64,000 nucleotides of DNA from Octopus sinensis (taxonomy: Eukaryota), in NCBI RefSeq assembly GCF_006345805.1, contig NC_043008.1:65534001-65598000 (forward strand). Direction: 5' to 3'. The notes beneath the pieces are model-generated. The model was not told where the DNA came from, did not search any database, and was given only the letters and a program-made list of their open reading frames with translations. The stretch's first letter is position 1. Every line of letters starts with the position of its first letter. The position numbers and the translations under genes were made by a program. Positions 28,062-42,549 of the stretch are shown here, in pieces.

Positions 28062-28131
28062 ATCACTAACAGCTGTTTCAATTCCAGAAATTAATCAACA
28101 AAATCTAAACCAGTCGAATTTCATCAATGAT
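28062..28131 (-). ncRNA. Type I hammerhead motif (C3U) in TA-flanked element ~27855-28195
   Basis: ATCA TTGATGA AATTC...GAATT GAAA CAGCTG TT^ AGTGAT. Confidence 0.6.
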
Positions 28132-29539
28132 AGCTAAAAATATACAAAGTAGGTATTCAATTTTTGCAATTGAGTATACGGTTGCAAACCGTTAAATATA
28201 CATACATTTATGTGTGTGTTTGTGTGTGTGTGTGTAAATACATACATATGTATGTATATGTGTATATATCCATATCTACATAACTATATCTATCTATCTA
28301 TCATCTATGTATATATATATATATACAGAAAGAGAAGGGAAGAGAGGTAGATAGAGAGATTTATATTGTTGAGAATATAATAATTTAGAAAGCCCGAAAA
28401 TATAAACTAATTTTTTTAAAGAACATTGCCATTCATACATAAAATCATCTAAATATTGGTTTTACTATCCTATAGATAGAACAGGTCGAAGTAACCCACA
28501 TCTCATGTAAACATGACAGCCGTTGTGTCATTGGACCAAAGAAATCTTTAAAATTTCTCATTTTAAAATCTTCGTTCTAACCAACAAGAAGTGTATGTTT
28601 GGAATGATAGCTGTAACAGATTGTTTGCGAGCCTTTGTCTTTGTCTCCCCACCGCTTGACCACCGTTGTAGTTCAACAAAAAAAGACCGATAGAATATTA
28701 CCTGACCTGCAAAAAGCAGTTCAACAAAAATAACCGAAGGAATATTACCTGACTTGCAAATAATTACTGGGATCGAGTCGTTCGAGTAAACCCTTTAAGT
28801 GTGTGCCCCAGCATGGCACCAGTCGTATGAATAAAAGCGGTGAAAGATGTGTATGTATGTGCTCGTTTCTGTATGTCTGCGTGCGTGCATCAATGCATGT
28901 GTCTGTGTATAGACATGGGCGTAAATATAAAGTTAGTCATATGTTCGTAAACAATATCATCTGCAGGTCTGTAGATTTAAGTCCTATACGTCAACCAAGA
29001 AATCATTTGCCATCTCAAAAGTCCCCAGCAACATCAAGTGCAACGTCTAAATCCACGTATTTCATTGCTAAAATGTTACCAATTACAACCGTATGAAGCC
29101 TATTCCAGATTTTGCTGCCTCTGATATAGTCCAAATTATGATTCTGATGGGACAAAACATGAGCCACATCCGGTATGACATGTCTGAATTTTTCTTGTCA
29201 AGTCGCTCAGTTGCTTTGATAAATTCGCAGCTTTCTGCTTTGGTGATTAAATTTGTCTCATTTTAGATTTTTTCCCTTCATTAACCGCAATAATTTGAAG
29301 TGATTTCATTTCATTAAGTTCACTTGGCTGAAGATATTATTTGAAGAGTTAAATTATGATAAATAGAAGAATGCCTAAAACTGTAGAGTGACAGTTTGAT
29401 AAATGAGTACACGTATCTCAGATATTTTTCCCACGGTGTGAAATATATCAACAACATCAGTTCTTTCACCTCAAATTAATGGAGATTGATTATTTGGGTC
29501 TGTCTGACACTTAGTATTTAATATATCAATGATATAAAG

Positions 29540-29706
29540 CGGATGGCTGACAGCATCGTTAGTGTGCCGCCGAAAATGCTTAGCGGTATTTCGTCCGCCT
29601 TCACCATCTGAATTCAAATTCCATCCAGGTTGACTTTGGTTTTCAACCTTTTGGGGTCGATGAATTAAGCACCAGTTGAGCATTGAGATCGACGCAATTG
29701 ACTTAC
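29540..29706 (+). mobile_element. SINE family C
   Basis: Homology to 36643-36895. Confidence 0.75.
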
Positions 29707-30554
29707 CTCGATCACATCACCCACATATTATTGCATGTTGATTTCTAAGTAACTTTTAGTCAAGCGGGAAGACATTACTTATGACCAGTTACAGGTCTTC
29801 CGAGAGGTGTGGAAGTACGTTATGCTCAAACCTATAAAAAAACTAATTCGGGTTCTTGCAAGCGAATGGACTTAACTAAAGACTATGATACTGACAGACG
29901 AACTTACTCAAACGATCGACGATCATATCTGTAGGCTATGGGAAAATCTGAAATCACTTTGGAAAGACCCAAAACTTTCAACGCTAGATATCCATTCTGA
30001 TGTTCTTATATTTTCAATAATCCACTGTTTAGGTAGATAAATTTACCGGCACCGAAATGATAAACAACAAAATCAAAGTGAGCGGAATTTGTAAGCAGCT
30101 GAAAGAAATTCTGAGATCAAACTGTGAAAGAATGTTTCACGAGCGAACACTTCAACCAATTCGCTGCCTTTTGGTAATTTGCAACCATCAAAACGTTTGG
30201 ATGTTATCATCACACACATTTTTATCTTCTTTGTTGTGTGAATGCATTTATGAAAATATGCTTCGTATAAATGATTGAGACAATTCAGTGTAACCTGTAT
30301 GAATGTGTCAATACTGTTATAGAAACGTTTGACATTATCCCTTTGCGAATAAAAAGGTTTTAGGCTAACCATTAGGATCAGGTATTTTCTAAACATTGTA
30401 TCTTCCCACGTGACCATCCTCTTTTCACCATTACAAGTTGACATCAATGTAAGAACAGCTACGTAACAGATATAGATATGCGTGTATGTATGTTTGTGTG
30501 TATAATATATATATACACATATATATATGTATGTATGTATGTATGCATATATAT

Positions 30555-30617
<63 letters not shown>

Positions 30618-31032
30618 GGTAGATAGATAGATACATACATACATACACACATACATACGCGCACACACTCGCACAGACAGAAACACATATATATATAGAG
30701 AGAGATATACATATAAATACTTATATATGTGTGTGTGTATGCATGTGTGTATGTATGTATAGTCTTCAAATCTTATTCAATCATAGAATCATGATTTATT
30801 TAATGGCGAGCTGGCAATTCCCAAATTTCAGTTCAGTGTTTGATAGGTTTCATTATTAATTTCATTACTACATTGCCTTGGATTACATTAGTTCCAATGC
30901 CTTTCCATCTGCTCATTTGCCTAAACTTGAAAATATCCAAGGTCTCTGCTGAAACTCGCTGCCGGGAACTAATTTGCATGTGACGACCTTAGTCATAAAA
31001 TTAATATTGAGTCATCAACATATATATATATA

Positions 31033-31413
31033 CTAGCAGTATCGCCCGGCGTTGCTCAGGTTTGTAAGGGAAATAACTATAAAGCATTTTTAGAGAGTTA
31101 TAGCCAAAAAATAGCAAAAAAATGGAAAAAAATGATGGTAAATTTTTTTTAGTTAAAAAAGGTGGAGTTGCGTCCCCTAGACAGTTTGCGGTTTGTGTTT
31201 CTGATTCTCGACCCCATGTCGAATTTATCGATTTTTTTCAGAACTGGGGGAACTTTTCAAAATTTTCGCTGCGTTAGTTTTGAATTATGACATTGGGCTA
31301 TGTGTGTGTCAAGTTTCATCAGAATCGGTTGCAAGCCGTGGTCAGGGTGAGGGTACAAGCAAACAGACACACAGAAACACGCACAGACAAACTGCCGTTT
31401 ATATAGAGAGAGA
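31033..31413 (-). mobile_element. Non-autonomous Helitron
   Basis: Minus strand starts TC after A, ends with subterminal GC-rich hairpin (CCTGAGCAACGCCGGG) and CTAG before T; no TSD. Confidence 0.8.
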
Positions 31414-31704
31414 TATATACCCTTCGTTGTGATATAGAAAGTGCGTTGACATGTTTACTCGGCATGCAGTAAATGTCGTCAGCCTTGTGCATTAATTAAT
31501 TAATGTATTTATTTATTAATTGATTAATTAATCACAATACCATCATGATAAATTGAGTAGAAAATATACTCAAAATGTACATTTTAAACAAACAACAAAC
31601 ACTCATTGAAACTTATCCTGAAACAGAAGAAAGTGTATTTCGAGTGTAAGGGAACTAGAAATAGCTATTAGTTGCTGTTGTTCCTTTGATTAGGATAAGT
31701 AATC

Positions 31705-31746
31705 GGTATCTGATGATGCTGTAAAGAAAGCCGAAACTGATCAGGT
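31705..31746 (+). ncRNA. Degenerate hammerhead motif
   Basis: CTGATGA TGCT gtaaagaa AGCC GAAA CTGA TC^; stem I poor. Confidence 0.45.
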
Positions 31747-33572
31747 GAATGTGTCTGTTGTTAAAAAGGGTAAAAGTATTTCATCGTCTCCTTTCGCGGC
31801 ATTTGAACACGTTAGTAAAATGTCAGAAGAAAAGCATTTACCGACGCTTAACGCTTCTGCCAAACCATTACTCTGCAGTCAGAGAAATAGCTGCTTATAA
31901 TTTTGGCACGAATCCAGCAAACGTGAGATGAGGGGTTTAGTCGATAGAAGGAAAGGGTTATATCTGACGGAATTGGAATCAGATGTAAAGAACCGGAAGT
32001 ATTGAGTGAAGTATTTAGTCCAACAATCAGACATTTCTCCCTGTGTGGCTTTCAGCAGATGGAGCTCCATAATAAGATATTCTTAAAGTATAACGCTGAC
32101 AATTTTGAATTAGGAAAAGATTTGAAATATCTTCATAGTTACAGGATAGCTGTGGCTGTGTACAGCAAGACCAATGGGAAAATGCGGGCTAGCTATTTAA
32201 TGTTGATCAATTGTGTTAGAAAATATATTGTTTTGTATGCTTATTTCGTCTCGGTTGCTCTAATATGTCTCTGACTAAAACCATAGGATTTAGTACACAC
32301 AATCAATACTTTTGTCAAATTTGTCGCTTACTGCAGTAAAATTACCATATATCATCTGTATTCTATGAAAGAAATATGGAGAACAAAACTGAATTACATT
32401 ATCTGAAAACATATTAGTAAGACTATTCCTGCTAAAGACTATGTCACATGGACTGGTTGTCGTTTAGCAACTGATAAACTAAGTTTAAAAAAAAAAAAAC
32501 TCGAGGGAAATTATCGTTTTCACGATAAGATCTTTCTAGTATTTATTTTAGTTTAATTTTTTGAAATTTGTTTAGATGCATTTAATTATAATTTTTGATC
32601 ATTGTTTCGCAAATATTTTTGTATTCTTCATTTAAATTGCGGCAGAAAAATTTTAACATGCTTCTGAAAACTAAAGGAGGTGATTGTTTATTTATAATTT
32701 ATTTTATTTCAAAAAAACTATTTTGTCTTTTACCTTGTTTTAGCTCCATTTTTATTTTAAAATTGGAATATAAACATGTGATGTTTTATAATCAATCTTT
32801 TGAATAAAAGAAAGGGAAAGCATTCCGTTTTAAATTAATAAAAAAAGAACATAATAAACAGAATCAATAAAAACAGACTTGTTAAAATTCATAACATGTC
32901 TTTACAAAGAATAAGATGAATAAACGAAACAACTTGATTCAAAAGTTAATTCCTGAAATTAAACAATAATTCCTCCGGCTTTCATCTTACCATTTCTATA
33001 CTTGGTTACTTTAATGAAACTTGTTTCTGCCTGTTTTAACTCTCATTTAGAAGTTTCTGAATAAATTCACACAATTCTTTCAGCAATTTGCACCTCTGTC
33101 ATATCTTGTTAAAATATTTATGATTTCAGGTTTGCTTTTTCACTTCACTATTTTTAATTAAATCCTTCATTTGCGCTGCCAATAAATTTTCCACATTTTG
33201 TTTACTTTATTTTTGTTTTTTTTAGCTTTGCATTCTTTTAATTGCAATACTCTCCGTAGAATATTAGTTCATCTAATAAAAAGGCACATAGATTTGTACT
33301 GCATCCATTACACAGCGCTAATGCACTACTGCTGAACCTAAACAGTATGGTTTCCCATAGTATTACTTTATAGAGCATGGTTCACATCTTACAACAAACC
33401 CATTACAATACTAGAAATTAGAGCAACAGAAAAACAAAATACAACAGGATATTTACTTAAATTCTTGCGACTCTAAGTAAGAAAACAAGGAGTAACCCTA
33501 GAATTTTGTCCGTTATAGGTTAATAAAAAATATGTGCTAGGCATTTTTGCTTAACAGTATGAAGTAGTGCAT

Positions 33573-33611
<39 letters not shown>

Positions 33612-33899
33612 TGTACGTAAATATGTACATATTTATGTTTTCTTCTTATTAAATATATTTCTATATTTTGGCATACATATTTTTGTATATTATATTCGTT
33701 GAAAATGTATATGTGTGTGTTTATGAGTGTGTTGAGCCACCAACCCTCAACCCAATCTTTGATTAAGTCTCACCACTTGTACTTGATCTGCAATCTAGTC
33801 TGCATTTGACAACTGGCACACTATGCACCAGTATAGATTATGGTTTCAAAATGAAGAGAGTTGGTTTCGTCCAGCACAAGCAAATTCCACTTTAAGCAA

Positions 33900-35950
33900 A
33901 TTCATACTGCTGGTCGTTTAATGACAACATAATGACAAATAAAATAGCATGGCAAAGCGACGGGATTTGGTGGTGAAAGTCACTGGAAGTATCAAGCGGA
34001 ATCTTTTTGACGGATAGTAGTAAGAAGATGGCTGCTCTGTGAAATTTATGCGAGCAATTTCACACTCCATGTCCATTTCTTAACTACAAAGAAGCCCATT
34101 TAGAATGGCACTGCTCTCGCTTGTGCTAATAATGTATAGAAAAAGTGTCTTGAATATTTTCTGCTGAAACAATCCTGTTGTTATACTGCAAATGACTGAG
34201 CTTTCAAACATGCAGTCGAAAAAACTTACTGCTCTTTCGGAGACAAGGCTACCGGATTCTTGTCATCTGAATGAAGTAGTTGGCGAGTACATTTTCTTCT
34301 GAGTTGATAAATCTGAGATAGAAGAAAAAGTGTATCTGGTGTGAGGTTCGCTATCGGTAATGATATTGTAGATGATTTAGAATCCTTACGAAATGGAATC
34401 AATGATCGTGTTATGTTACTGTGAATCTCAATTGGCACATAAAGCTTGAATACGCACCAACACTTGGCTATACAGACGCAGCTAAAGATAAATTCTGTTC
34501 CTATTTCCAAATATTACTGAACCAAATTCCAAATCAAGGTAACATTTTTCTTTTAGATTTTAATGCCCGTGTTGGATGAGGCTACTTTTCTTAGCCAAAT
34601 ATTCTTGGTAAGCATTGTCTTGAAAAATAAACTCAAATGCTACTATCTTTGTGCAGTGTGTTAGGACTTTTTGTCACAAATAGAGTGTTTCACAGGCAGC
34701 CATAAAACAAAATCGTAACTAAATATAAGAAGACTTGATATTTCAAAGCTCAAAGTAGAAAACAACAAAGACATTCTCGCTCAAACTCTTGGTGAAAAGT
34801 TACATAAGGTTAGAATCACAGTAAATATAGAAAAGTCATAAGGTGAGCATAGAGTTGTTATTTAAGAGTCATTCATTGGGAGTTCTTGTGTTTTCATGCT
34901 GTAAAAACCAAGATTTATTAGAATAAGAAAATGAGGTTATGAAGGAACAGCTTCAAGAAATGTACAGACTTAACAAAAATGGGTTGCAAATAAGAAGAAA
35001 CCTGCTAGAAAGTAAAAGTTTTTCAAGTCTGCCAAAAACTGTTTAAACTGAATTCAGAAAAATAATGCAATAGTGTTTGGAACGAAAGGCTAAAAGCTTT
35101 GCAAGAACTAGCTGAGAAACATGACATGAAACATCGTTATCAAAATTTGAATGAGGTATTTGGTCCTATAAAGAAGGATGCACTCCTGTTCTTTCTGCAG
35201 AAGGGAAGCTTCTCACAGATCATAATTTCATATAGAAAAGTTGGACAGAGCATTTTAAAGATATACTCAATTGAGATATAACTGTAGACATGAAATGAAT
35301 TTAAAATATGCCCCAAAGATCGCCAATTAACTCCCTTGCATTGGACCCATGTTTGGATGATGTCAAAGCGGCTATAAAAGATTTGAAAAATGGAAAAGCT
35401 CCAGGAGAGGATAGTGTTCGTAGAGAATTTTTTTAATGCGGGAAAATAATTTGAGGACAAGTTTGACAGATTATAGTCCAAATGTGGCAAATAGGAGCTG
35501 TCCCTTAACGACTTAAAGATGCATGGATTGTACATCTCTATAAGTATGAAGTTAATAAGTGTGAATGTACGATCATCGTCGCAGATCGTTGCTCTCTGCT
35601 GCAGGAGAGGTCCTCTGAAGAGTCATCTCAAACAGAATTAACGCTGAGTTAATCAGCTCTGTCTATCCAGATAGTCATTGCGGGTTTAGGTCAGGTCGAA
35701 GGACAGTGGATATAATATTCATTTTACAGCAAATTCAAGAGAAACTCCAGAAGCACAATAAAGACCTATATGTGCTATTTGCTGACCTCACAAAAGCTTT
35801 TGACTCTGTATGTCTGCATGCTTTATGGAAAGTATTGGCAAAGAACGGGATTTCCGAGCAAATGTTGATTGTCATAGTGTCCTTACATAAAGATACGAAG
35901 TCTTCTGTTGTTTCAAATGGCAGTCAGTCTCAACATTTTCATGCTCTAAG
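33900..35950 (+). pseudogene. Decayed RTE-clade LINE (APE + RT N-terminal part)
   Basis: GV.FAI, YAPT, DFNARVG, KNGKAPGED, CGFRSGR.TVDIIFILQQIQEK, FADLTKAFDSV. Confidence 0.85.
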
Positions 35951-36642
35951 TCAGATCTTTTGGCTTAATTATCAGCATACAAAATCCTGGTAACAATCTA
36001 TCTGGTTGTTGAAGGCAATGCTCTAAAAACGGTTATTGCCCTCTATATTGATGCCAAGTTTTAAAGAAAACTGAATTGTCCTGACCAGGTGAGATAAGCC
36101 ACCACGAGGCGAATGAAAATGATAGCTATCGATATTTTGCTATTATTGTAGTTCGTTGGTAACGAAATGATTTGCCCGTCTGAGACATATCTGCATATAG
36201 AGTGAAGTTTATATCCTGATGCAATATGTTCACGTTGCGAAGGGACCGTTCCCAGAACGCTACAACGCAGCAGCAACTTGGCGTATAAATGAAGCACCCG
36301 CATTATCTATGTTCGACCTGTAGTGTTTACATTATTCAAGTTGCTTTTAATTCGAAATTAAATTTTGTTTCACGTATGCTGCGCCACACCCCATCAGTGA
36401 ATCGACTTCACAGAATTTGCATATATGTACGAGTCCGGCGATTTATTTCGCTTCCAGGCTTATCGAGTAGATGATACCGAAGAGCTATAATAACAGCAAA
36501 ATATCGATATCTACCTTTCAGGTTCACCTCAAAGCAAGTTTCTCAGGACGCTAAAACGCAGCACTTTGGCGTATAATCGAAACACATGCGCTATGCATTT
36601 GATACGAATAATGTTTACATTATTAGAGTTGCTTTTTTATAA

Positions 36643-37130
36643 GGCGGTGAGCTGGCAGAATCGCTAGCACGCCGGACGAAAGGTTTAGCGGTATTTCGTC
36701 TGTCACTACGTTCTGAGTTCAAATAATGCCGCGGTTGACCATGCTTTCATCCTTTCTGGGTCGATAAACTAAATAACAGTGAAACACTAGGTTCGATGTA
36801 ATCGACTTATCACCGTCCCCTCCACCCCTCAAGAAATTTCAGGCGTTGTACCTTTAGTAAATTGCTGCCCCTGTGGCAAAATTTGAAACCATTCTTAGGG
36901 CTGCTGTTTTATGGCAGCGAACTTTGCAGAATCGTTAGCACGCTGGACAAAATGCTCAGATGTGTTTCACTCGTTGATACGTTCTGAGTTCAAATTCCGC
37001 TGAGGTCGATCTTGCCTGTCATCTCTTTGGAATCGATAAATTAAGTACCAGGGAAACACTGGGATTGATGTAATCGACTAGTTTCCTCGCCCAAAATTTC
37101 AGGCCTTCAGCTTAGTAGAAAGGAATATTA
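36643..37130 (+). mobile_element. Two consecutive SINE family C copies (36643-36895, 36912-37130)
   Basis: Head GGCGGTGAGCTGGCAGAATCG, B-box-like GAGTTCAAAT. Confidence 0.85.
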
Positions 37131-38237
37131 GAGCTGCTTTAATATATATATATATATATATATATAGTTTAGCAAAAGTATTTGTTCACTGAGAAATGAA
37201 AAGTTTGATATATCTGGTACTTGATAGAGATAGATTTCCTTATTCCCTCTAGTATATATGTGGTTGTCGGCTCGTGTTTGCGCCAACGAAAATACACCTA
37301 TTGAGGAGCTAAGGTAACTACTTATTTAATACTTACAGTTCAAACATGTGTGAACGTGTTTAGTCCTGTATTTTCGATTGTTCCTCTATTGGCCCCTACA
37401 TACACACGTTCGAATGCTCCCACATGCGGTCACCTACACAGATGCAAAATGGTGGAGCGGGGTAAATCTGCGTTTTTAATAGTCTTAACATTCTAGTCAC
37501 GCTATATATGCATGTATGACTGTGCGCTTGTTTAAACATATATACATACACACACATACACACACACATACATACAGACGCATATATATATATATATATA
37601 TATATTTATTTATTTATTTATAACAATGTATGCGCATATATGTGTGCATAAATATGCTTACATATATATTTGTGTGTGTGCATGAGTGTGTGTGCGACTG
37701 TGTGTGTGTGTATGTATGTATGTGTGTGTGAGTGTGCAATAAAACTAGCTTTATTGTTTTAATGAATTTCTAACCACAACCATCTTGATAAAAACGCTAC
37801 ACTGCATGTACAATATATATAAACACATATATACATACACATATGTTTAGTGGTAGCAACAAAAGTTTTTTATAAATATATTTTAAAGATGAAAATGATA
37901 GTGTATTGCGATCTATAAGCTGTATGAGATTTTTACTCTTTCATCATGAGCAATAATGTCTGTAATTTAGACAACAATCCACTGCGCAGTAGCGATACCA
38001 AAGCAGATGAAATTCTTGCTAAAATCAAAATAGCATTAATGGGAAAAGTAACAGATTATGTGCTTTTTCTCTTTAACTTGGACATTTAACAACCACATTT
38101 CTTTCACTGCAAGAATATTGTGTCTGACCTAAGATAAATACACTGATCATGCTTTTGAATTAGACATGGTGTCTGAAGGGATGAGAACTAGACACATGAT
38201 TCGTGCATTTAAATCTGCGATAAGATATCCCTTTAAT

Positions 38238-38448
38238 ATTGGTTTCAAATTTTGGCACAAGGCCAGCAATTTCGCATGTGGGGATAAGTTGATTACATCG
38301 ACTCCAGTACTCCACTGGTATTTATTTTATCGGCCCTGAAAGGATGAAATGCAATGTCGACCTCGCACTATTTGAACTCTGAACAGTGAAATATTTGCCG
38401 CCAAACATTTTGTCCAGCGCGCTAACGATTCTGGTAGCTCATCGCCTT
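38238..38448 (-). mobile_element. SINE family C
   Basis: Homology to other copies. Confidence 0.8.
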
Positions 38449-38739
38449 CTATATCACTTTCATGTTATCCTCAGTTTCAAGTTTCTACTGTCTGAACTAA
38501 GTGAACTATAAAGCATGAAATCAAAGTTTCGAGTGTTTATATATCAAATAAAGCATTGAGAGTTCATATCTTGTTATAAACATTTTGCTCTATTTGTTTC
38601 TAAGTTATCTAATCTATTTTTTTCCATGTGACTTAATGATAGTTAACTATCATAGGTTGATACATCACTTGGTATATGCATCAAGAATACATTTACTTAA
38701 CTTTCTGCACCTACTTCATTCACTTGCTTGGTGTTATTG

Positions 38740-38925
38740 GCTTCATCCCAGGTTAGCGGTCCCAGAGGCGTCATTGTGCGGAGAGCCGACCAGGTACACC
38801 AGTACTCTCCATTGCAAGCACCTCTGTATCCTCCAAGATGTCATTGAGTCTCTGGAGTTCATCATTAATTACGTCCAACCGTCATGTGCAGGGTCTGCCA
38901 CGAGGCTTCTTTCAACCCGCAGCTA
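38740..38925 (-). pseudogene. RTE-like LINE 3' end fragment
   Basis: KKPRGRPCT*RLDVINDELQRL resembles the RTE C-terminal RPRGRP..W.D motif. Confidence 0.55.
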
Positions 38926-41182
38926 ATGCGTTAAATGATAGTAAGGCCCTAATAGGATAATCTGGCGGGAAGCAAAGGACGTCTGCACCAGCCATACGAC
39001 ATATAGCTATGAAGTAGACAGAGGGAGTAATTAAACTTCAACTGGAATTCTATATATAAGAAACATGAAGAAACAAAACTAAATACGGCTGTTTATTTAT
39101 AGTGTTACCCTTCCGTTTCTGCCACTCAACTTCCTTTTCGGTATGCTAATATAACAGTAATAGGTTCGAATCCTAAGGTGGATATAATTCTGAGAAATGA
39201 CTCTCATTGATTGGTGCTCCAAAACAGTACCATATGAGACACGCGTGTCAGCATCTACAGCAGTGATAGAGTGTTTAGAAGCGTGAAGTAATGTGTAACA
39301 TACAGGTATGACTTCTAATCACCAAGGCAGATTTTCTATTTTTCCTTTTTATTTTTTGGTATTTCTGCTAAAACTATGGGCATTCTGCTTAATGAAATTA
39401 GACTCGACACGAAATTCATTCATTGCATTTCAGCTCCACCCTTCATTTCTTAAGATGACAACGGTTCGTCGCACACCTGCGTGGCTGTGATACAACTCTG
39501 TAGCAACAATTGAATAAACGAAAAGGGAATAAGATAATAGATGCTCTTCACCTGCAGCATCTCTGTAACCAGGTTCCAAGTATGTGACATAATCGTGTAA
39601 TATCTAGAAGTGAACGGTATAATGAGATATTGAGAAGAAGTTAGAAGGCAAATAATTCATTAGAATATGGAACTATAAATTAAGCAATGACATTGGAGAG
39701 AAAGGGGATTTAGGATGGATGGTAGCGAGGATATTGGGGCCTCCTAAATACATGCAACTTCTTGTTCACTTTTCACTGAAAGATTGTGAAAGTTCAGCTA
39801 AAATGTTTGTTTTTACTGCAAAGAAAAATTAAATAGAATTTAAAATAGCAAAATGTGAATTGTATATGTGTGCAAGTGTGATATACACGTAACCATCATC
39901 ATTTGTTTAATATTTTCATATATTATGTGGATACTGCAATGAAATATATTAAGGAACTCTATAAATATGTACTGCCGTCGCAGTTTTCATTCGTCGAATT
40001 CTAACCCATAAATTGTGAACAGCCGGCAAAGAACACTTGGTATTTTCTTTGTCGTAAACTACATATTTACATTTGCATATTGATCACCGTTGAATATTCT
40101 ATTTTAAGAAGATGTATTAAACGGAAATTGATATAATCTATCGTATTGTTCCAGTGTTATATTGTCCCCGGGAGAGACAAGATACAGTAGATGCTGTGTG
40201 CTTTACACTTAGACCTACTGACCTTAGAAAGAAAAGTTCAATGTGCTGTGTCTCTGTACAACAGATATAACACAGATTGTTTTATTTAAATCTCATATTT
40301 CAAAGATGAATGCATAGCAATATGATATGGATTCAGTGTTAAAATATAGCAGTTAAAAATAAAATCATAAAGAAAAACGGAACAGAGAATAAAAACATCG
40401 AGGGATAAAGAGTAATTCAAGCGGAATTTGAATTGAGATCATAAACAAGACAAATTATAGTAGAGTATTGTGGAAAGTAGTCTACTTCTCCCCCATCTTA
40501 ATTACTAATATAATTTCCATGAGACATTGTTGTGAGTTATATAAGTACCAGATGAAAATATGTAATGAAAGCTACAGTGAACTACTGCGTCCACATCAAG
40601 GATGGTATTGCGGATGAATGAAAAGGATACTCAAGACCACATTCAAAATAAGGACACTAGACTAACAAACATGATGTTATCTCACACCCACAAACCTAGT
40701 GATCTCCCATTTCTGTCTTTTCTATCGCCCCACATTGATATCTATATGCAGTTTGTAGTAATATAAAACAGGCTATGCTATGTTTCTTATAGTGAATTAT
40801 TACATTCTGATTAGATTTTGATTAGACTTATTAGAAAGGTGCAGTTAGGTCTAACATTGTTTTTATTAATGATATGATACAGAGGAAGATGACACACCCA
40901 TGGCATTAGTAGAAACTCCGAGAGTTATGTGATCAGATTCGTTAATGTCCATTTAACTCGAATAATTGATGGTTCACGGTTACAGAAAAGAAATGAATTA
41001 ACCAACAACATGGTATGGAGGACTTGATGGCGACATAGTCAATGCGATGAGTGAGATACGAGAGCAGTGTACATGTTGCAAGAGAAAAAAATCTTTTCCT
41101 GCCGCACCCTGCTGTTAATGAAGTTAGGCGAGCGGAAACTGTGTTTTCGTGAAACCTATATGTTACTACGTTTTTCCTGTTA

Positions 41183-42549
41183 CGAGGTGGTATCAAAAAG
41201 TTCCCGGGCTAATTCTGTAGCGCGCTAACAGATGACGGTATACTGTTGTATGCGCATTGAGAGCAAGTTGAGGCATCTACGAGGCGGTGTGCTGAGTGAT
41301 ATCATTGGGTTTACTATGCAAATTGTTAAATTTGTATTTCATGATCATGTGTATGCTTTAGTCTGCGATTTTTTCATGGACAGGAAGTTGAAACAAAGGG
41401 ACAACGTGAGATTCTGCGTTAAAACTGGGAAGTCTGCTACAGAATATTGAGAATGATTCGTCAAGCTTATGGTTACGAAGCAATGGGTCGTATGCAATGG
41501 TTCAAGTGACACGGATGCTTTAAAAGCGGAAGAACGCCCCTGGAAGATGATGAGCGTTCTGGAAAACCTGCCACGAGCATAACCTCGGAAATGTGGAGAA
41601 GACTCATCAGCTTGTGCATGAGGTTCGTCGGAGAATATTGAACGACATTGCTGTTGTTGTTGTTCTGTTGTATGGGCCCGTGCATACAATCCTCACGTCT
41701 GAATTAAACATGCAGCGTGTCTCTGCAAAGCTTTCCCCCACCAGCTCATCACTGAGCAGGAAGAACATCGCGTCGGAATATGTCAAGATCTCCATCAGTG
41801 TGCCCCTGATGACCCATCCTTCATGCTGAGGACCATCACTGGCGACGAGATTTGGGTGTGCAGATATGACCTTGTAACGAAGCAGCAGTCGTCACTATGG
41901 AAGAGCCCTTTATCTCCAGGACCGAAGAAGGCACTACAGAGCCGCAGCTCGGTTATCGTTGTTTTTTTCTCGACGTCCGTGGTTTTGTGCATTGAGAATT
42001 TGTCCCCCAGTCAAGAACAAACTTATCATTTTTCGACATACTTGGAATTATATATCGAGAATTCATCACCAAGGGCCAGACAGTCGATTGAGAGCTCTAC
42101 TGAAAAATTTTGAAGCGTTTGAGTGAGGACATTCGGCGAAAGCGACCGGATCTGTGGATCGCGAGAAATTGGATTCTTCACGATGACCATGCACACTGTC
42201 ACCAAGCTTTCCACACTCATGAGTTTTTCGCCAAAACTAACAACATATATCGCTTCCACTATTGCCCTATTCGCCAAACTCAGCACCTTCGAACTTCCAT
42301 CTTTCCCCAAGATGAAAATACAGCTCAAAGGTCACTGTTCTAACACTGCTGTTGAAATCTAAAGCGAATTGTAGAAGGTCCTCTACTTGTTTACAGAAAA
42401 CGACTCCCAGGATGGATTCCAAAAATGGCTGGAACAATAGTAACGGTATATTGCTGCGCAAGGTGACTATTTCGAAGGCGATGATGTTAAAACTTACGTA
42501 AATAAGTTATTTTCTATTAAAAGTCCGGAAACGTTTTCACACCACCTCC
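41183..42549 (+). mobile_element. Full-length decayed mariner element
   Basis: TA-flanked TIRs CGAGGTGGTATCAAAAAGTTCCCGG / CCGGAAACGTTTTCACACCACCTCC; MDRKLKQRDNVRFCVKTGKSATE, ITGDEIWV, WILHDDHA, GDYFEGD. Confidence 0.92.

Noticed and set aside
28670-28760. ~48 bp tandem duplication resembling repeat-spacer structure
   Set aside because: Simple two-copy duplication inside a decayed SINE; not CRISPR-like.
29780-30430. Possible ancient PLE/RT remnant
   Set aside because: No unambiguous motifs recoverable by eye.
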